From Mustelus asterias (taxonomy: Eukaryota): a stretch of 57,000 nt of DNA. Shown here in pieces: positions 35,201 to 45,307 of this stretch. A program made the translations under genes and the position numbers. The first letter of the stretch is position 1, and each line of letters starts with the position of its first letter. The stretch lies in assembly GCF_964213995.1 (NCBI RefSeq), contig NW_027590144.1, positions 1,240,001 through 1,297,000 of the forward strand. The letters are read 5' to 3'. The notes beneath the pieces are model-generated. The model did no database searches and was not told where the DNA came from. It saw nothing but the letters and a program-made list of their open reading frames with translations.

Positions 35201-36453
35201 TCTTCCACTACCTCATTAATTGCCCTTAGATCATGCACCAATCTCCATTTTTCTCCGTCCGCCTTTTTCACTGGTAGTAGCGGTGTATTACACCTGCTCC
35301 GGGTTTCTTTTAATACCCCTGCTTCTATCAATCCCTTAATTGTCCCTCTAATTCCTTCAATTGCTTCTGTCTTGATTGGGTATTGCGGCCTATACGGCCC
35401 CTGACGTCCTATCTTTAATCTGACTTCAACTGGATTAGCGTTTTTGACCCTCCCTACATCCGTGTCCTGTCTGGACCACAACTCCTGCGGGAGGGAGTTC
35501 AAATCCTGCTCTAACCTCTCTCTCCACTCCAGTTCCTGTTTCTCGATTTGCACTCCTATTGTTATCTGCTTCGGTTTCCCAAGCATTTTAACATCCAAAA
35601 TTATTTTCGTCATTTGTCCATTGCTGGACGTCCAAATATCTACATTGTCTGTCTGGACAAATTCTAAATCTTGTGCTCTCAACACCATTGGTCCTAGGTC
35701 TTTTGATCTGTATCCCGGATTCACTTTCAATGTGACATGTGGCTCCGCCCCAGATACAGAGAACCATTTGTTAACCCATTCATTCCTAACAATGGTGAGG
35801 GCTACTCCCTCTAGTCCGATTAAAATACTTCCTGACTTTATTTCCTGTTCTCGTCCTGCCTCCCTTTCCCATTTCTCCTGTATCTCAGGTTCCTGCCCTT
35901 CATCAAATATCATTGTACTGTGTAATTCTGTTCTTGGCCATTTGGCTTGTGGAACCCAAGTGTTTATAAGCTTTCCCCAAACTTCCCATATCTGTTTTTT
36001 AACTTGTTCCTCTATATCTCCCAACCAATATACATTAACCCCTTCCTTTCCTGGTATTTCAAGTGGATACATTCCCATCAAATCAATTCCTTGTTCGGTG
36101 CATTCTAATTTTAGTCCTAAACCTAGGATTGCATCCCTTCCCAATAGATTTAAAGGAGTTTTATCACATACTAAAATAGGTACATGGGTTGTCTTATTTC
36201 CAATGGTAACAGGCACCGGCGTCGTCATTCGGGCTAATGTTACTTTCCCCGAGAACCCCACAGTTTTTACAAACTGGTTTGACAATGGTAAGTGATCCGC
36301 ATATTTCGTTTGCATGCACGTACATGTGGCGCCGGTGTCTATCATCATGGGGACCTCGATCCCTCCTACTCTAACGTTAACTATAGGTTCCTGCTCTGCA
36401 GTTTCTGTTATCTGTACGTACTGTCCTACCATTTCGGGGTTCTCTGGGCCTCC
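32080..36453 (-). CDS. pol: Pro-Pol polyprotein: protease, 2H-phosphoesterase-like insert, RT, RNase H, integrase
   Basis: DTGA protease, LHST/PHVTL, MPQG + YVDD RT, RNase H (VDGS, AEL, TDS), HHCC and D,D35E integrase, GPF motif. In frame with gag across a single TAG at 36456-36454. Confidence 0.96.
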   Translation of the reverse strand, partial: GGPENPEMVGQYVQITETAEQEPIVNVRVGGIEVPMMIDTGATCTCMQTKYADHLPLSNQFVKTVGFSGKVTLARMTTPVPVTIGNKTTHVPILVCDKTPLNLLGRDAILGLGLKLECTEQGIDLMGMYPLEIPGKEGVNVYWLGDIEEQVKKQIWEVWGKLINTWVPQAKWPRTELHSTMIFDEGQEPEIQEKWEREAGREQEIKSGSILIGLEGVALTIVRNEWVNKWFSVSGAEPHVTLKVNPGYRSKDLGPMVLRAQDLEFVQTDNVDIWTSSNGQMTKIILDVKMLGKPKQITIGVQIEKQELEWRERLEQDLNSLPQELWSRQDTDVGRVKNANPVEVRLKIGRQGPYRPQYPIKTEAIEGIRGTIKGLIEAGVLKETRSRCNTPLLPVKKADGEKWRLVHDLRAINEVVEDMPAEVPNPYTLMTNIPPESRWFTVIDLCSAFFSVPLAQESQYLFAFTYEGKQYTYNRMPQGFKHSPHVFNQVLRADLEGIQLEGTLIQYVDDLLLCTGTQEQCRKDSLKLLKRLAEGGHKVSRKKLQLCQKKVEYLGREISAGQKEIASQQIEAVLKVPKPQTVGQMMTFLGMTGFSSEWVESYAEKTQALRKIMKEAGCDELKAKLKWDKDASDAFENIKREMAQAPALALPTYDKPFDLFVSNREAGFATAMLMQENCKGRRRQAVAYYSTKLDDVAMGYPPCYQGLAAAWWAYEKAATVTMGYPINIHVHHKVAELIEQGKFVLTPARIHHYRMLTTFPDITIIKCNRVNPADYMPLPHEGEEHECLREAKTFMKLRKGLRAEGLVTEGKRILYVDGSCYSDHLGNHAGYAIVEQKGETLEVIEAEKCEQPCSAQLAELKALTRACELANGEALEIYTDSAYAHGVCHLFGAIWKQRGFMKSGGGPIQHEGQIRALIRAMMGPRELAIIKCQAHKKGADSVTQGNTKADKAAKEASGCIEATIAPVEIARPHPGPGTGDIEPQITLEDVAQLQEETSVAEKAMWKDRGALQGQQDRIWRNGEGLVIAPTSLLTVLISEAHGVDHCARGEVARKIKKEGFWSPYLQNSIDYILSQCEVCAQNNIRKGITAPIGHIPIPEGPFKHLCMDYVDMGKVVRGKRYMLVIIDRFSRWIEATPSKDQGSGTVINFLSKEIIPRFGIPTQLSSDNGSAFIGRALRETLSALRVKQKFGCVYHPQSQGMVERANGTLKAKISKICSETGKNWIDALPLALMQYRSQENRITHLSPHEMMTGRVMPVPKIRGSGGPTLECLDQSTKEYIQQLTVIHRTIFEQEKAKEEENPVTEHQIKPGDRVYIRKFRRRWNEPRREGPFEVTKVSPTALQVEGSTLWYHLNHCTRTVPGVGERREIEEVHRVDRSDSEEEIEIHGENRGEEEQGQGRTKRIEDDESSSVHELADDTNAQPEPISQGAEGGEDREGAPFPTWDLETISLRDFRDP

Positions 36454-38267
36454 CTATGGGGAATTCTGATGGTTTACCGGCCCTTGAAACATCGGGATGC
36501 TGTTTGGCGATCCTTGGATCAGTTGTTGGCCTGTCTGCTGCTGGTTTTCTCCCTGTCTGGGGAAATTCCGCGGGCAATTCCTTTTTATGTGCCCTGCCTC
36601 CCCGCACCCCCAACACACACCTGAAGGGCCAGGCAGTGGTCCCTGTCTCGGAGTCTGATGATTAACCTGTCCCTGTCCTCTCTGATTCTGATAGGGTGGC
36701 CTACCACCTCCCTGTCCTTTCCCATTTCTATTCCAGTCAGTCTGACTTTGCAGGGCGTATGGGTTTTGATAATTTAGGCCATAGGCTCCTGGGTTCATGG
36801 ACAGTGGGAAGGCAGAAATGTTATAGGTTATGACGGGCTGGCCTCCATCTCCGCTCCCCCCTTTGATTAGTGCAGGTATTTCCTCTGGCTTTTGCTCCAC
36901 CATCATTGGTGCTATTTTTCTGGGTGCGAGATCCTCTTTTGCCTTCAGTTTATCCTTGCTTTTGATCTCCTCCAACTGTGCCTGAAGGAGTTTACGTTGT
37001 ACCTCCTTCAGCTGTTTGTCTGCATTCTTTTCATCTTTGCGATGTCTCTCTACTGCATGGGCAACATAATCCACAAACTCTCGGTAATTTTTTGAGTCCA
37101 AGCCCACCACTTCCTCCAGCCTTGTCTTAGCTGGGGCTGGCAAGCCCTCTAGGATTGCAGCCCGGAACATGGAGTTGGTCAGTGGGTCTATTAGAATGTC
37201 CCTCTCCGTGTCCCTTCTCCACCTTTTTAATTGATTCTCCACATACACCACTGCATTCTCCTCCTCACCCAGTGGCTCTCCCTTTAGGGTTTTTACATCC
37301 ATTCGATTGGGGTACATATCCCGCAGTGCCTGCCAGATGTCTTGGCGGTACTGGTCCATTAGTATCCCATCCACCGCTGGGTCATAAGCTGTGGTCGGGA
37401 TGCCAGCACGTCTCATTACTTCCGCCATTTGGTCCATTCCTAGCACCTTTGTCAGGAGAGCTTTGATGTCGCCCAGTGCCATCCTTTTTCCCACCATCCC
37501 TGCCTCCAACTGTCCAATCCACCTTCCAGCCCCATCCAAAATATTGGGTAATTCATTAATTAAATTAGGCAAATCCTGACCTGACCAAGGGATATACTGC
37601 GGTCTGCCACCCTTCAGAATCACCGGGAATACCCTTTTCCCTCTCCTATCCACATCTGGAAACTTTACAGGTGGGTGCCTTTCCCGCCTTGATTTTCTTT
37701 GCACCCCTAACACTGATTGCCTCCCTTCGTCTTCACTACTCTCTTCTGTTTCTCCTTCCATCTCTCTATATCTTGTCTCTTTTCTCTCTCCCTTTGTGCC
37801 CTTCCCTCCTTCGTCATCTGTTCTATGTCATATTCTCCCTCAAAATTCATTGTGCCTGATATAACTGGGTACAGTCCCGTGGAGCTCTGTTTCTCTAAGT
37901 ATGGGGGTGGGGCTACGTTTGGATCTTCCAATTTTGCTTTTTCCTCAAGTTGTACTGGCATCTGCATTCTACCTCCCCTCCATACCCCTCTTCTCTCTTT
38001 CCCTTCTTGTTGGAATAGGGCTAATATCTCTAACTCCTTTTCTCGCTTTTCCCTTCTTTTGCTCGTTTTATCCTTAATCTTATAGTTCTTTATCATTCCC
38101 TTCTGGTCCTCACACCTCTCTATGGACCATGTGCCTTCCTCCGGCCACTGTGTATTGGTCTTATTTGTTCTTTTGGCCCATTTTTTAGAGACGTGTTCTA
38201 TATCTCCCCTAAGGGCTGGGAACTTATCCCCTAATATCTCCACAGGTGTCTTAACTTGGTGCGCCAT
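36454..38267 (-). CDS. gag: Gag polyprotein, split into two overlapping frames (38267-37707 and ~37830-36454)
   Basis: The N part starts MAHQVK and has PPPY and LYP late-domain-like motifs. The C part has a capsid-like region and one CCHC knuckle, CWGCGEAGHIKRNC. The two frames differ by -1. Confidence 0.85.
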
Positions 38268-39460
38268 TACTCGTCTTTTTGGATCACTGTCGCAATTTTT
38301 GTCACTTAATCTGTCAGAGTTAGGTATCACAGTGATTATTACTTGCTGTATTGTTTTTCCGTGCTCAGTCCCCTGTTTACCTTTCCTTTGGATTTCTTTT
38401 GCCACTATCTGTAATTCTAACCGGGGTCCTGATATCCACTTCCCCGTAGTCCCCTGTCCCGGCACTATCTTCCTCTCCCGGGCCAGAGGGTAGTAGGTTT
38501 TCACTTGCTCGTCTATGTGTATAAGAATCCTGTATCGGTCAGATCCCTTTATTAATTTCTCTAGGGTTTCCAATTTTATTTCGTCTATCCAATTCCTATC
38601 GACTACTCTTTCCCAATTTACATACGGCCACTCATTCTTTATCTCCTCTAAGTTAATTATGTGTGTAATCTTTTTCCAATCCAGTGTTGCTTCCGTTTTT
38701 GTTATTATTCAAAGATTAGTTATTTTCAATCTTGTCACCAGGCAGTTTTGTCAGGGTAATTTTTCAAGTTGTTAGTTATTACCCTACCTATATTCCGACT
38801 CTCTCTCTTATTTCTGTCCTTCACGCTGTTTTCTCAGACCAGTTTGTTCAAATTGGTCTTTTACTTCCTCTATTCTAGCTGCTACTCCCCTTTCCTGTGC
38901 TTAAAATCCACTCCTGTGCTTTTGACTACTGTATTAGGTCAGAGAGTGATCTCTCACTGATCTCTCTCCCTCTCGGTTGACGTCCCTTACCCGAGGTCCT
39001 GGGTAGGTTTGGACTGGCAGGTTTTCCCACACTTACTCTCTTCTGGGCAAGTCGTGACCTGAAAAACCCGCTCCAAACCGCTTGACTTAACCTAATTGCA
39101 TTACTTTAGCTTTCGGCCTTTTTCCCGTCTCACTTTTTACCCATTCACAGACAATACAGTATTCACAGCGCGCTTTTGCATGCAAAAATTCTGCTCTTCA
39201 GATCAGACTCAGTCTCTCAAAAAATTTTACACAATTTGGTTTTACCTGTGCAGGATATCTTTTTGGGTCGGGGAGATCCAGGACCAGCAGAGAGCCGGGC
39301 GCACCGGGCCTCGAGAAAACCCCTTTCTGACAACAAGGATTTACATGCATGCAAGTCTGCTTACCTTGTTGACAGAAGGCCGGCTGGGGACCTCTCGGTT
39401 CCGGTTGGACCACCGTCTCCGCCACTCCTTCCAGATGCTTTTCTGGGCGATCTCTCACCA

Positions 39461-39479
39461 ACCCTGCTAAGCAGCGCCA
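39461..39479 (-). other. Primer binding site, probably tRNA-Ser type (imperfect)
   Basis: TGGCGCTGCTTAGCAGGGT, 4 nt after the 5' LTR; resembles the complement of vertebrate tRNA-Ser 3' ends. Confidence 0.6.
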
Positions 39480-39483
39480 ATTT

Positions 39484-40312
39484 TGTCGTGGTTCCCCAGG
39501 ACGACAATTTATTCACATCAATTAAAACAGAGAGTCTGAGCAGCGATCTTCCAAGCAATAGACTTTATTTCTCAGCACAAGAGATAAAGTCGGGAACGTC
39601 CGGAACACTCCAAAGAGCCCTTGGGCTTACACTCTTTTATGTACATTTCAGCCTCCTATCTCAAGATCCTTATCTCCCTTTTACTGCCTGTCCTTGGTTG
39701 TAATCTTACCCTACAGCCCTATCTTTCTTTGGCCACCATTAATTTTAGTTGACCCTTTATCTGTTTTCTTTGCATTTGGTCGTTCCCTGTTCTCTCTCTT
39801 CGTTTCTTAAACCATGGTGGTTATAACTCTTGCTCTTATCTGAACTTTTCTGTTTGTACAATAATCGTGGTTTTGTAAGCTAAGGCGAATGTGTTTAGAA
39901 GAAAAGACATCCCCCTGCTGATTTATGGTCCACTAATGTGTTTAGCAGAAAAGACATTCTCTCTGCTGGTTTATGGTCCACTATTAAGTTGAACCACCGA
40001 GCAGTCTTCCTTGTTTTCTTAAGTGGCTATTGTTTGCTTTCCTTAATTAGTGATTGCTATATTACTTCTTTAGTTCCTCTAGTTCCTCCACTTTAATCAT
40101 ATCGACTACACTTGATTATATTAGGTCACACGAAGTTACTTTAGGTTACATATCCATTTTCACTACTTATCTAAATCTGCTTTATTATTTCACTAAAACC
40201 TATGAATCTGAATTCCATACTAAACTCATACAATATCCAGTACAATTTCCCTTACAAGTGAATCTGAATTTCATACTAAACTCATACAATATCCAGTACA
40301 ATTTCCCTTACA
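39484..40312 (-). repeat. 5' LTR
   Basis: 829-bp direct repeat of 29327-30155. Confidence 0.97.
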
Positions 40313-40980
40313 ATACATGCGCATATTTAGATACATGGGCACACAGACACAGATACAGGGGCACACGCAGAGACATGGGGGCACGCACACAGATACAGGG
40401 TCACACACACAGATAGAGGGACAGACATACAAATAGGGGGACACAGAAAGACAGATACATGGACACACACACACACAAACAGACACACACACACGCGCGT
40501 GCACGCATATACAGGCATACACACACGGAGAGACACAAAGATACCGCGGCAAACACGCACATACAGTGACACACATGAAGGTAGATACAGGGACGCACAC
40601 TCACACAGATACCAGGGTTCACACAGATACAGGGAGACGCACAGATTGAGGGACACTCAGAGATAGAGAGGCACACACACAAACAGAGATACAGAAGCAC
40701 ACAAACAGATACTGGGGCATACAGAGAGCCAGGGGCACACGCAGCTCTGCGGCACACACACACACACACACAGTGGTGCACACACAGATACAGGGACAGA
40801 CACAGAGAGGTAGTGGAGCGTACACCAATTCAGGGGCATACACAGATTTAGGGGCACACACAAAGAGATAGCGGTGAAAACACAGATACAGGGGAATGCA
40901 CAGAATAAGGGGCACACACACAGATATAGATGCACACACACAGCGATGCAAGGACTTAAACAGAGATACAGGAGCACAAA
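40313..40980. repeat. CA-rich minisatellite (right part)
   Basis: Degenerate ~20-bp units CACACACAGATACAGGGG; source of the Cys/Val-rich spurious ORFs. Confidence 0.85.
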
Positions 40981-41096
40981 CCTACTGAGAACTTACAACG
41001 TCTGCTGTTTTTATTATCAATACAGGTTTTATTATAAGTTAAAACACAGCAAGTCGGCAAAGGTCAATAGAATGAGCTGCATCTCCTCGTAACAAC

Positions 41097-42115
41097 GGGA
41101 TGTGACGCTCGACTCATTGATCGACAGTTCCGCCGCGCCTCAGCGAAAAACCGCACTGACCTCCTCAGAAGGCAAACAGAGGACATGACCGACAGGGTGC
41201 CCTTCGTCGTCCAGTACTTCCCCGGAGCGGAGAAATTATGACAGCTTCTTCGGAGCCTTCAACATGTCATCGATGAAGATCAGCATCTCGCCGAGGCCAT
41301 CCCCACATCCCCACCACTTGCCTTCAAAAACCGCGCAAACTCAAACAGACCATTGGTAGCAGCAAACTACCCGCCCTTCAGGAGAACAGCGACCACGACA
41401 CCAAACAACTCTGCCACGGCAATCTCTGCAATGCCGGACCATTGACATGGAGGCCATCATCACACATGAGAATTCTCTCCACCAGGTACACGGTACATGC
41501 TCATGCAACTCGGCCAACGTTGTCTACCTCATACGTAGAAAACGATGTGCAGAGGCGTCGTACATCGGTGAATCCATGCAGATGCTACAACGGCTGAACT
41601 GACACTGCGCAACAGTCACCAGGCAGGAGTGTTCCCTTCCTTGCGGGGAACATTTAAGCAGTCAAGGGCACTCAGCCTCGGACATCCGGCAAAGCGGTCT
41701 CCCAGGTGGCCTTCAAGACATATGACAACGCAGAATCACCGAGCAGAAACTGATTGCCAAGTTCCGCATGCATGAGCACGGCCTCAACCGGGATCTTGGA
41801 TTCATGTCACACTACATGTAACCGATTGGCGTGGAAGTGCAAAATCCTACTAACAGTCCTGGTTTGAGACAATTCATACCTCCATAACTTGTGATTATCC
41901 CTCTCGCCACTTGCGTTGTCTGTACCTGTAAAGACTTGATTGCCGGAAAAGACTCTCATTCCAAACATTACCTTACAATTGTGTCTTTGTGTATATATGC
42001 CGTGTTTGTGAAACCTGCCTCTACACTTTCCTGATGAAGGAGCAGCTCTCCGAATGCTCATGATTCCACATAAGCCTGTTGGACTTTAACCTGGTGTTGT
42101 GAGACTTCTTACTGT
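41097..42115 (+). mobile_element. Penelope-like element 3' fragment (GIY-YIG end + pLTR)
   Basis: Homologous to 14965-16236; CTGATGAAGGAGCAGCTCTCCGAAT hammerhead variant at ~42031-42060. Confidence 0.9.
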
Positions 42116-42507
42116 CGAACGAGGGAAAGGTAAACTTTCACTTGGATGGTATTTTTAGTACGGCAAAATTCTGCGATGGAAAGAATGGAGTTCAAACTAA
42201 TTGCGTGTCAGTTCCTCATTACAAGGCTGCTATGTTTGCGTTGTTTGTTTCATTGGAGCGACAATGATGAGGTTGGTGGATTTTGGAAACTGAAAGATAC
42301 ACAAGAGCAACCTGTGGGACTATTTCACCTCACTGTCGATTTCATGTTCCAGGTTACAGCAAACAGTGATGTCACTGGCTGAAGGAATTACTCATGTTCC
42401 ATCTAAACATGGCATTTTGCCCATCACAGGTATAAAACAAAAACTGAAATGAAAATAAAGTCCAAATTTAATATAAATGAGTGAGGTTAAAGTGCAGGCA
42501 GACACCT

Positions 42508-42588
42508 TCCCTGCTGGTCTAGTGGTTCGGACTCGGAGGATTCGGAGTTTTCACTACCGCGGCCTGGGTTTAATTCCAGGTCAGTGAA
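42508..42588 (+). pseudogene. tRNA-Glu(UUC)-derived pseudogene
   Basis: TCCCTGCTGGTCTAGTGGTT...GGATTCGG...TTTCAC...CCAGGTCAGTGAA, with a small internal duplication and a broken T-loop. Confidence 0.75.
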
Positions 42589-43912
42589 TGCAACTCTATT
42601 GCTGTCGTGCAGCACATGAATGAAGAGGAGCTGAAATTACTTCCGACTCGAAAACAGAGGTGGTACTTGTGCCTCTTTGATAAATAAGGATTAAATTTCC
42701 ATCCCATTCCACAATCCTGCCAATTGTACCGAACAACTTGTATTTACATCGTCTCTGCTGGCTCCTTTTGCCCAAGTGAATAAGATGCTTTCTGCTGCAT
42801 TAAATCTGAGCCATGGCATGATCGACCAAAAGTATTTCATGAAATTTAAAATAAATCAAATGAAATATTAAAAACAGCGGAATACGATCCCACACCTCCA
42901 CAAAACATCAGTTCAGTGCCTTGGACCAAAGATCAAATTTACCAGTAGAAAAGGAATGCTGTCACGGTTGCTGTTGCTAGTGGACAGAATCGATGGAGAA
43001 GGAGTGGGTCATATTTCCCTTCGACTCTCCTCCACCACGGAATAAGATCACGGTGGATCCCACGTTCAACACCAATTTGCCAACAAATCCCGAATCCCTT
43101 AATTCCCTTTGAGTTCAAAAAAATTATCCTTCTCAGTATTCAATATCCTCACTTGTTCTGGATCCGCAGGCCGTTGGGCTACAGAATTCCAAGCATTCAC
43201 AAGCCTCTGAGTGAAGAATTCTCTCCTCACCTCGGTCCTAAATGGTTGCCGTACTATCCGGATATTGTGAGCCCAGTTATAAACACTCCAGACTCGAGCA
43301 AGAGGCGGGGAAGGAGGAGGGGTGTAGGGGGGAGGGGCGGGGTGCGGTGGAGGGGTGTAGGGAGGCGAGGGGGTGAGGCGGGGGGGGGGGGGTGGGTGGA
43401 AACAATCTCTCAGCATGTACACTGTCAAACAGTCTCGCCGTTCCAGACTTTTCAGTGGGATCACTTTTCATTATTCCAAACTCTAGAGAGAACAGGGTAA
43501 TTACAATGAATCTCTCCTCCGAGGGCAACTGTCTCATCACAGCAATCAATCCAGTGAATCTTGGTTACACAGACAGCAAGAGAAGAGAGGGAAATAAGAG
43601 CACAATATGGAAAGTTGATAGAGGTACAGAGAGAGTCTGAGAGAGTGAAAAAGACAGATCGATACACAGAAACAAAGATAGACAGTGCGTGGGGGAGTCA
43701 ACCACATCGTATGAATGAATAACAGTGCACACAAAGCCAGCGGCCGGAACCCACAAGCATTGGCTCCTCTGAATCGTTGACTAGGGATAAAGAGAATGTC
43801 CAAAAGAAGCGTCAACTTTTGAAAACATCTTGAATTACTTGTGAGTGCGTTGTGCAATTAGATCCCCTGCATTGTCAGTTTCTCAAACGAAACCGCAGGG
43901 AAACTCATCCAG

Positions 43913-44388
43913 CAGAGCACACGGTAAAGAAATAAACAAGACTTTGCCATCGCAAACAACAACGGGGCTCGTCCGGGATTTGAACCCGGGACCTCTCGCA
44001 GTTTTGCGACTCACAACACCCAAAGCGAGAATCATACCCCTAGACCAACGAACCGCTGTTGACAGAGCTGCTCAAATACGGATATTATATTGTCACACAA
44101 ATCTGATCAGGCAGCTGCAGTGAAAGTTGGAAGCGCTGGAAACACTCAGGAAGTCAGGCAGCAAGTGCGCACAGGGAAAGGACTCTCTTCTTACACCTCG
44201 ACAACCTTTCATTTAAGCTGGTAAAGTTTGGAAATGTAGGAAGGTTTAAACAAGTGAAAACCAGGAGCTAGGAAACACAACAACAGGAAAGGGCCCTGAT
44301 TGGGGACAATTCAAAAGAGATAAATGAGCAAGTACTTTGTGGTCCATGGCCTGAGCGTCAGGAAAGCAGAGTAATACAGAATGTTTGC
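43913..44388. repeat. 476-bp direct repeat, copy 1 (contains tRNA-Pro)
   Basis: Collinear with 45308-45783, with roughly 14 substitutions counted by eye. Confidence 0.95.
43965..44054 (-). tRNA. tRNA-Pro(UGG) with 18-nt intron (44001-44018), copy 1 (U3-G70 wobble)
   Basis: Removing 18 nt after position 37 gives the canonical 72-nt vertebrate tRNA-Pro(UGG) sequence with one substitution. Confidence 0.85.
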
Positions 44389-45307
44389 CCTCTTTTTAGG
44401 TCAAACCAAATAAACAAACTCAAATTAAGTCAGGACAAAGTAAAAGGGGCAGCTCCCCAAAAAGGAGGGGAACAGCCCGAACAGAAATCAAAGTACAAAG
44501 GAAACTTAAAAACATCAAATTAAAATGTGATTATTAGGGTCAATAATGCACCCCAACCGCTGCGGTGCCCAGCGGGCGCGGAAGGCGTCAACCCCGCCCG
44601 TGGACACCGCATGCTCCCTCTCCAGGGACACCTGGTCGTGAACGTAGCCGCGGTAGAGGGGAAGACAGTCAGGATGGACGGCCCCCTCGATCGCCCGCTG
44701 CCTGGACCGGTAAATGGCGCGTTTCGCCAGGCCCAGGAGCAGGTTCACGAGGAGGTCGCCATCCCGACCCTCCCCTCTCCGCACCGGGTGTCCGTAGATC
44801 AGGAGCGTGGGACTGAAGTGCAGACAAAACATCAATAAAAGGTTCTTTAGGAAAACATAAAGGGAGTGCAGCCTAAGACACTCAACATAGACATGGTCCA
44901 CGGACTCCACAAGGCCGCAGAAAGGGCAGTCTTCGGAGCCCGTGAACCAGTGAATCCTATGGTTGTGCGGAACGGCTGCATGCATCACCCTCCACCCCAG
45001 GTCCCCGACGTAATTGGGGGAGATCCCTCCGTAGAGGGACCTCCAGCGGGGACCTCCGCCGCCCGGCGGCCACAAGGCCCGCCAAGGTGTATCCGGGCGA
45101 CAGGCGAGGAGGCGGTAGTGGAAGGTGTGCAGCAGCAGCCCGCACAGGAAACGCCTCCGCGCGGTAGAAAAAGGCACGGAGGGCATTTCCGCGAGGCGGC
45201 TCAGGCTGTGGGGCACCTTACCCTGGGAGGGGGGTTGAGGCTTTGGGCCAATGTGGAATTCCGCCCGAACAGGGGAACGCTCGGGCGGGATCCCACCGCC
45301 CGCCTGC
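44389..45307 (-). mobile_element. 5'-truncated Tx1/L1-clade LINE (ORF2 C-terminus + 3' UTR)
   Basis: GC-rich open frame with DLGWRVMH...CPFCGLVESVDHVYVEC (CCHC) and LLLGLAK.AIY.SR, typical of Tx1-type ORF2; stop at 44515; short A-rich end. Confidence 0.85.

Larger units (their letters stand above)
29327..40312 (-). mobile_element. Full-length endogenous retrovirus (epsilon/gamma-like, class I), ~11 kb
   Basis: Two 829-bp LTRs bounded TG...CA, 4-bp TSD ATAC (29323-29326 and 40313-40316), PBS, PPT and gag-pro-pol-env order. Confidence 0.97.

Noticed and set aside
35444-36295. 283-aa antisense ORF opposite pro/pol (and other + strand ORFs within the ERV)
   Set aside because: No recognisable motifs; consistent with the shadow of an A/G-rich coding strand. 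Not excluded, but unsupported.
40271-40977. Several Cys/Val-rich ORFs
   Set aside because: They are translations of the CA-rich minisatellite
42870-42930. Possible tRNA-Leu relic on the - strand (also ~46198-46255)
   Set aside because: Too degenerate to support a call by eye
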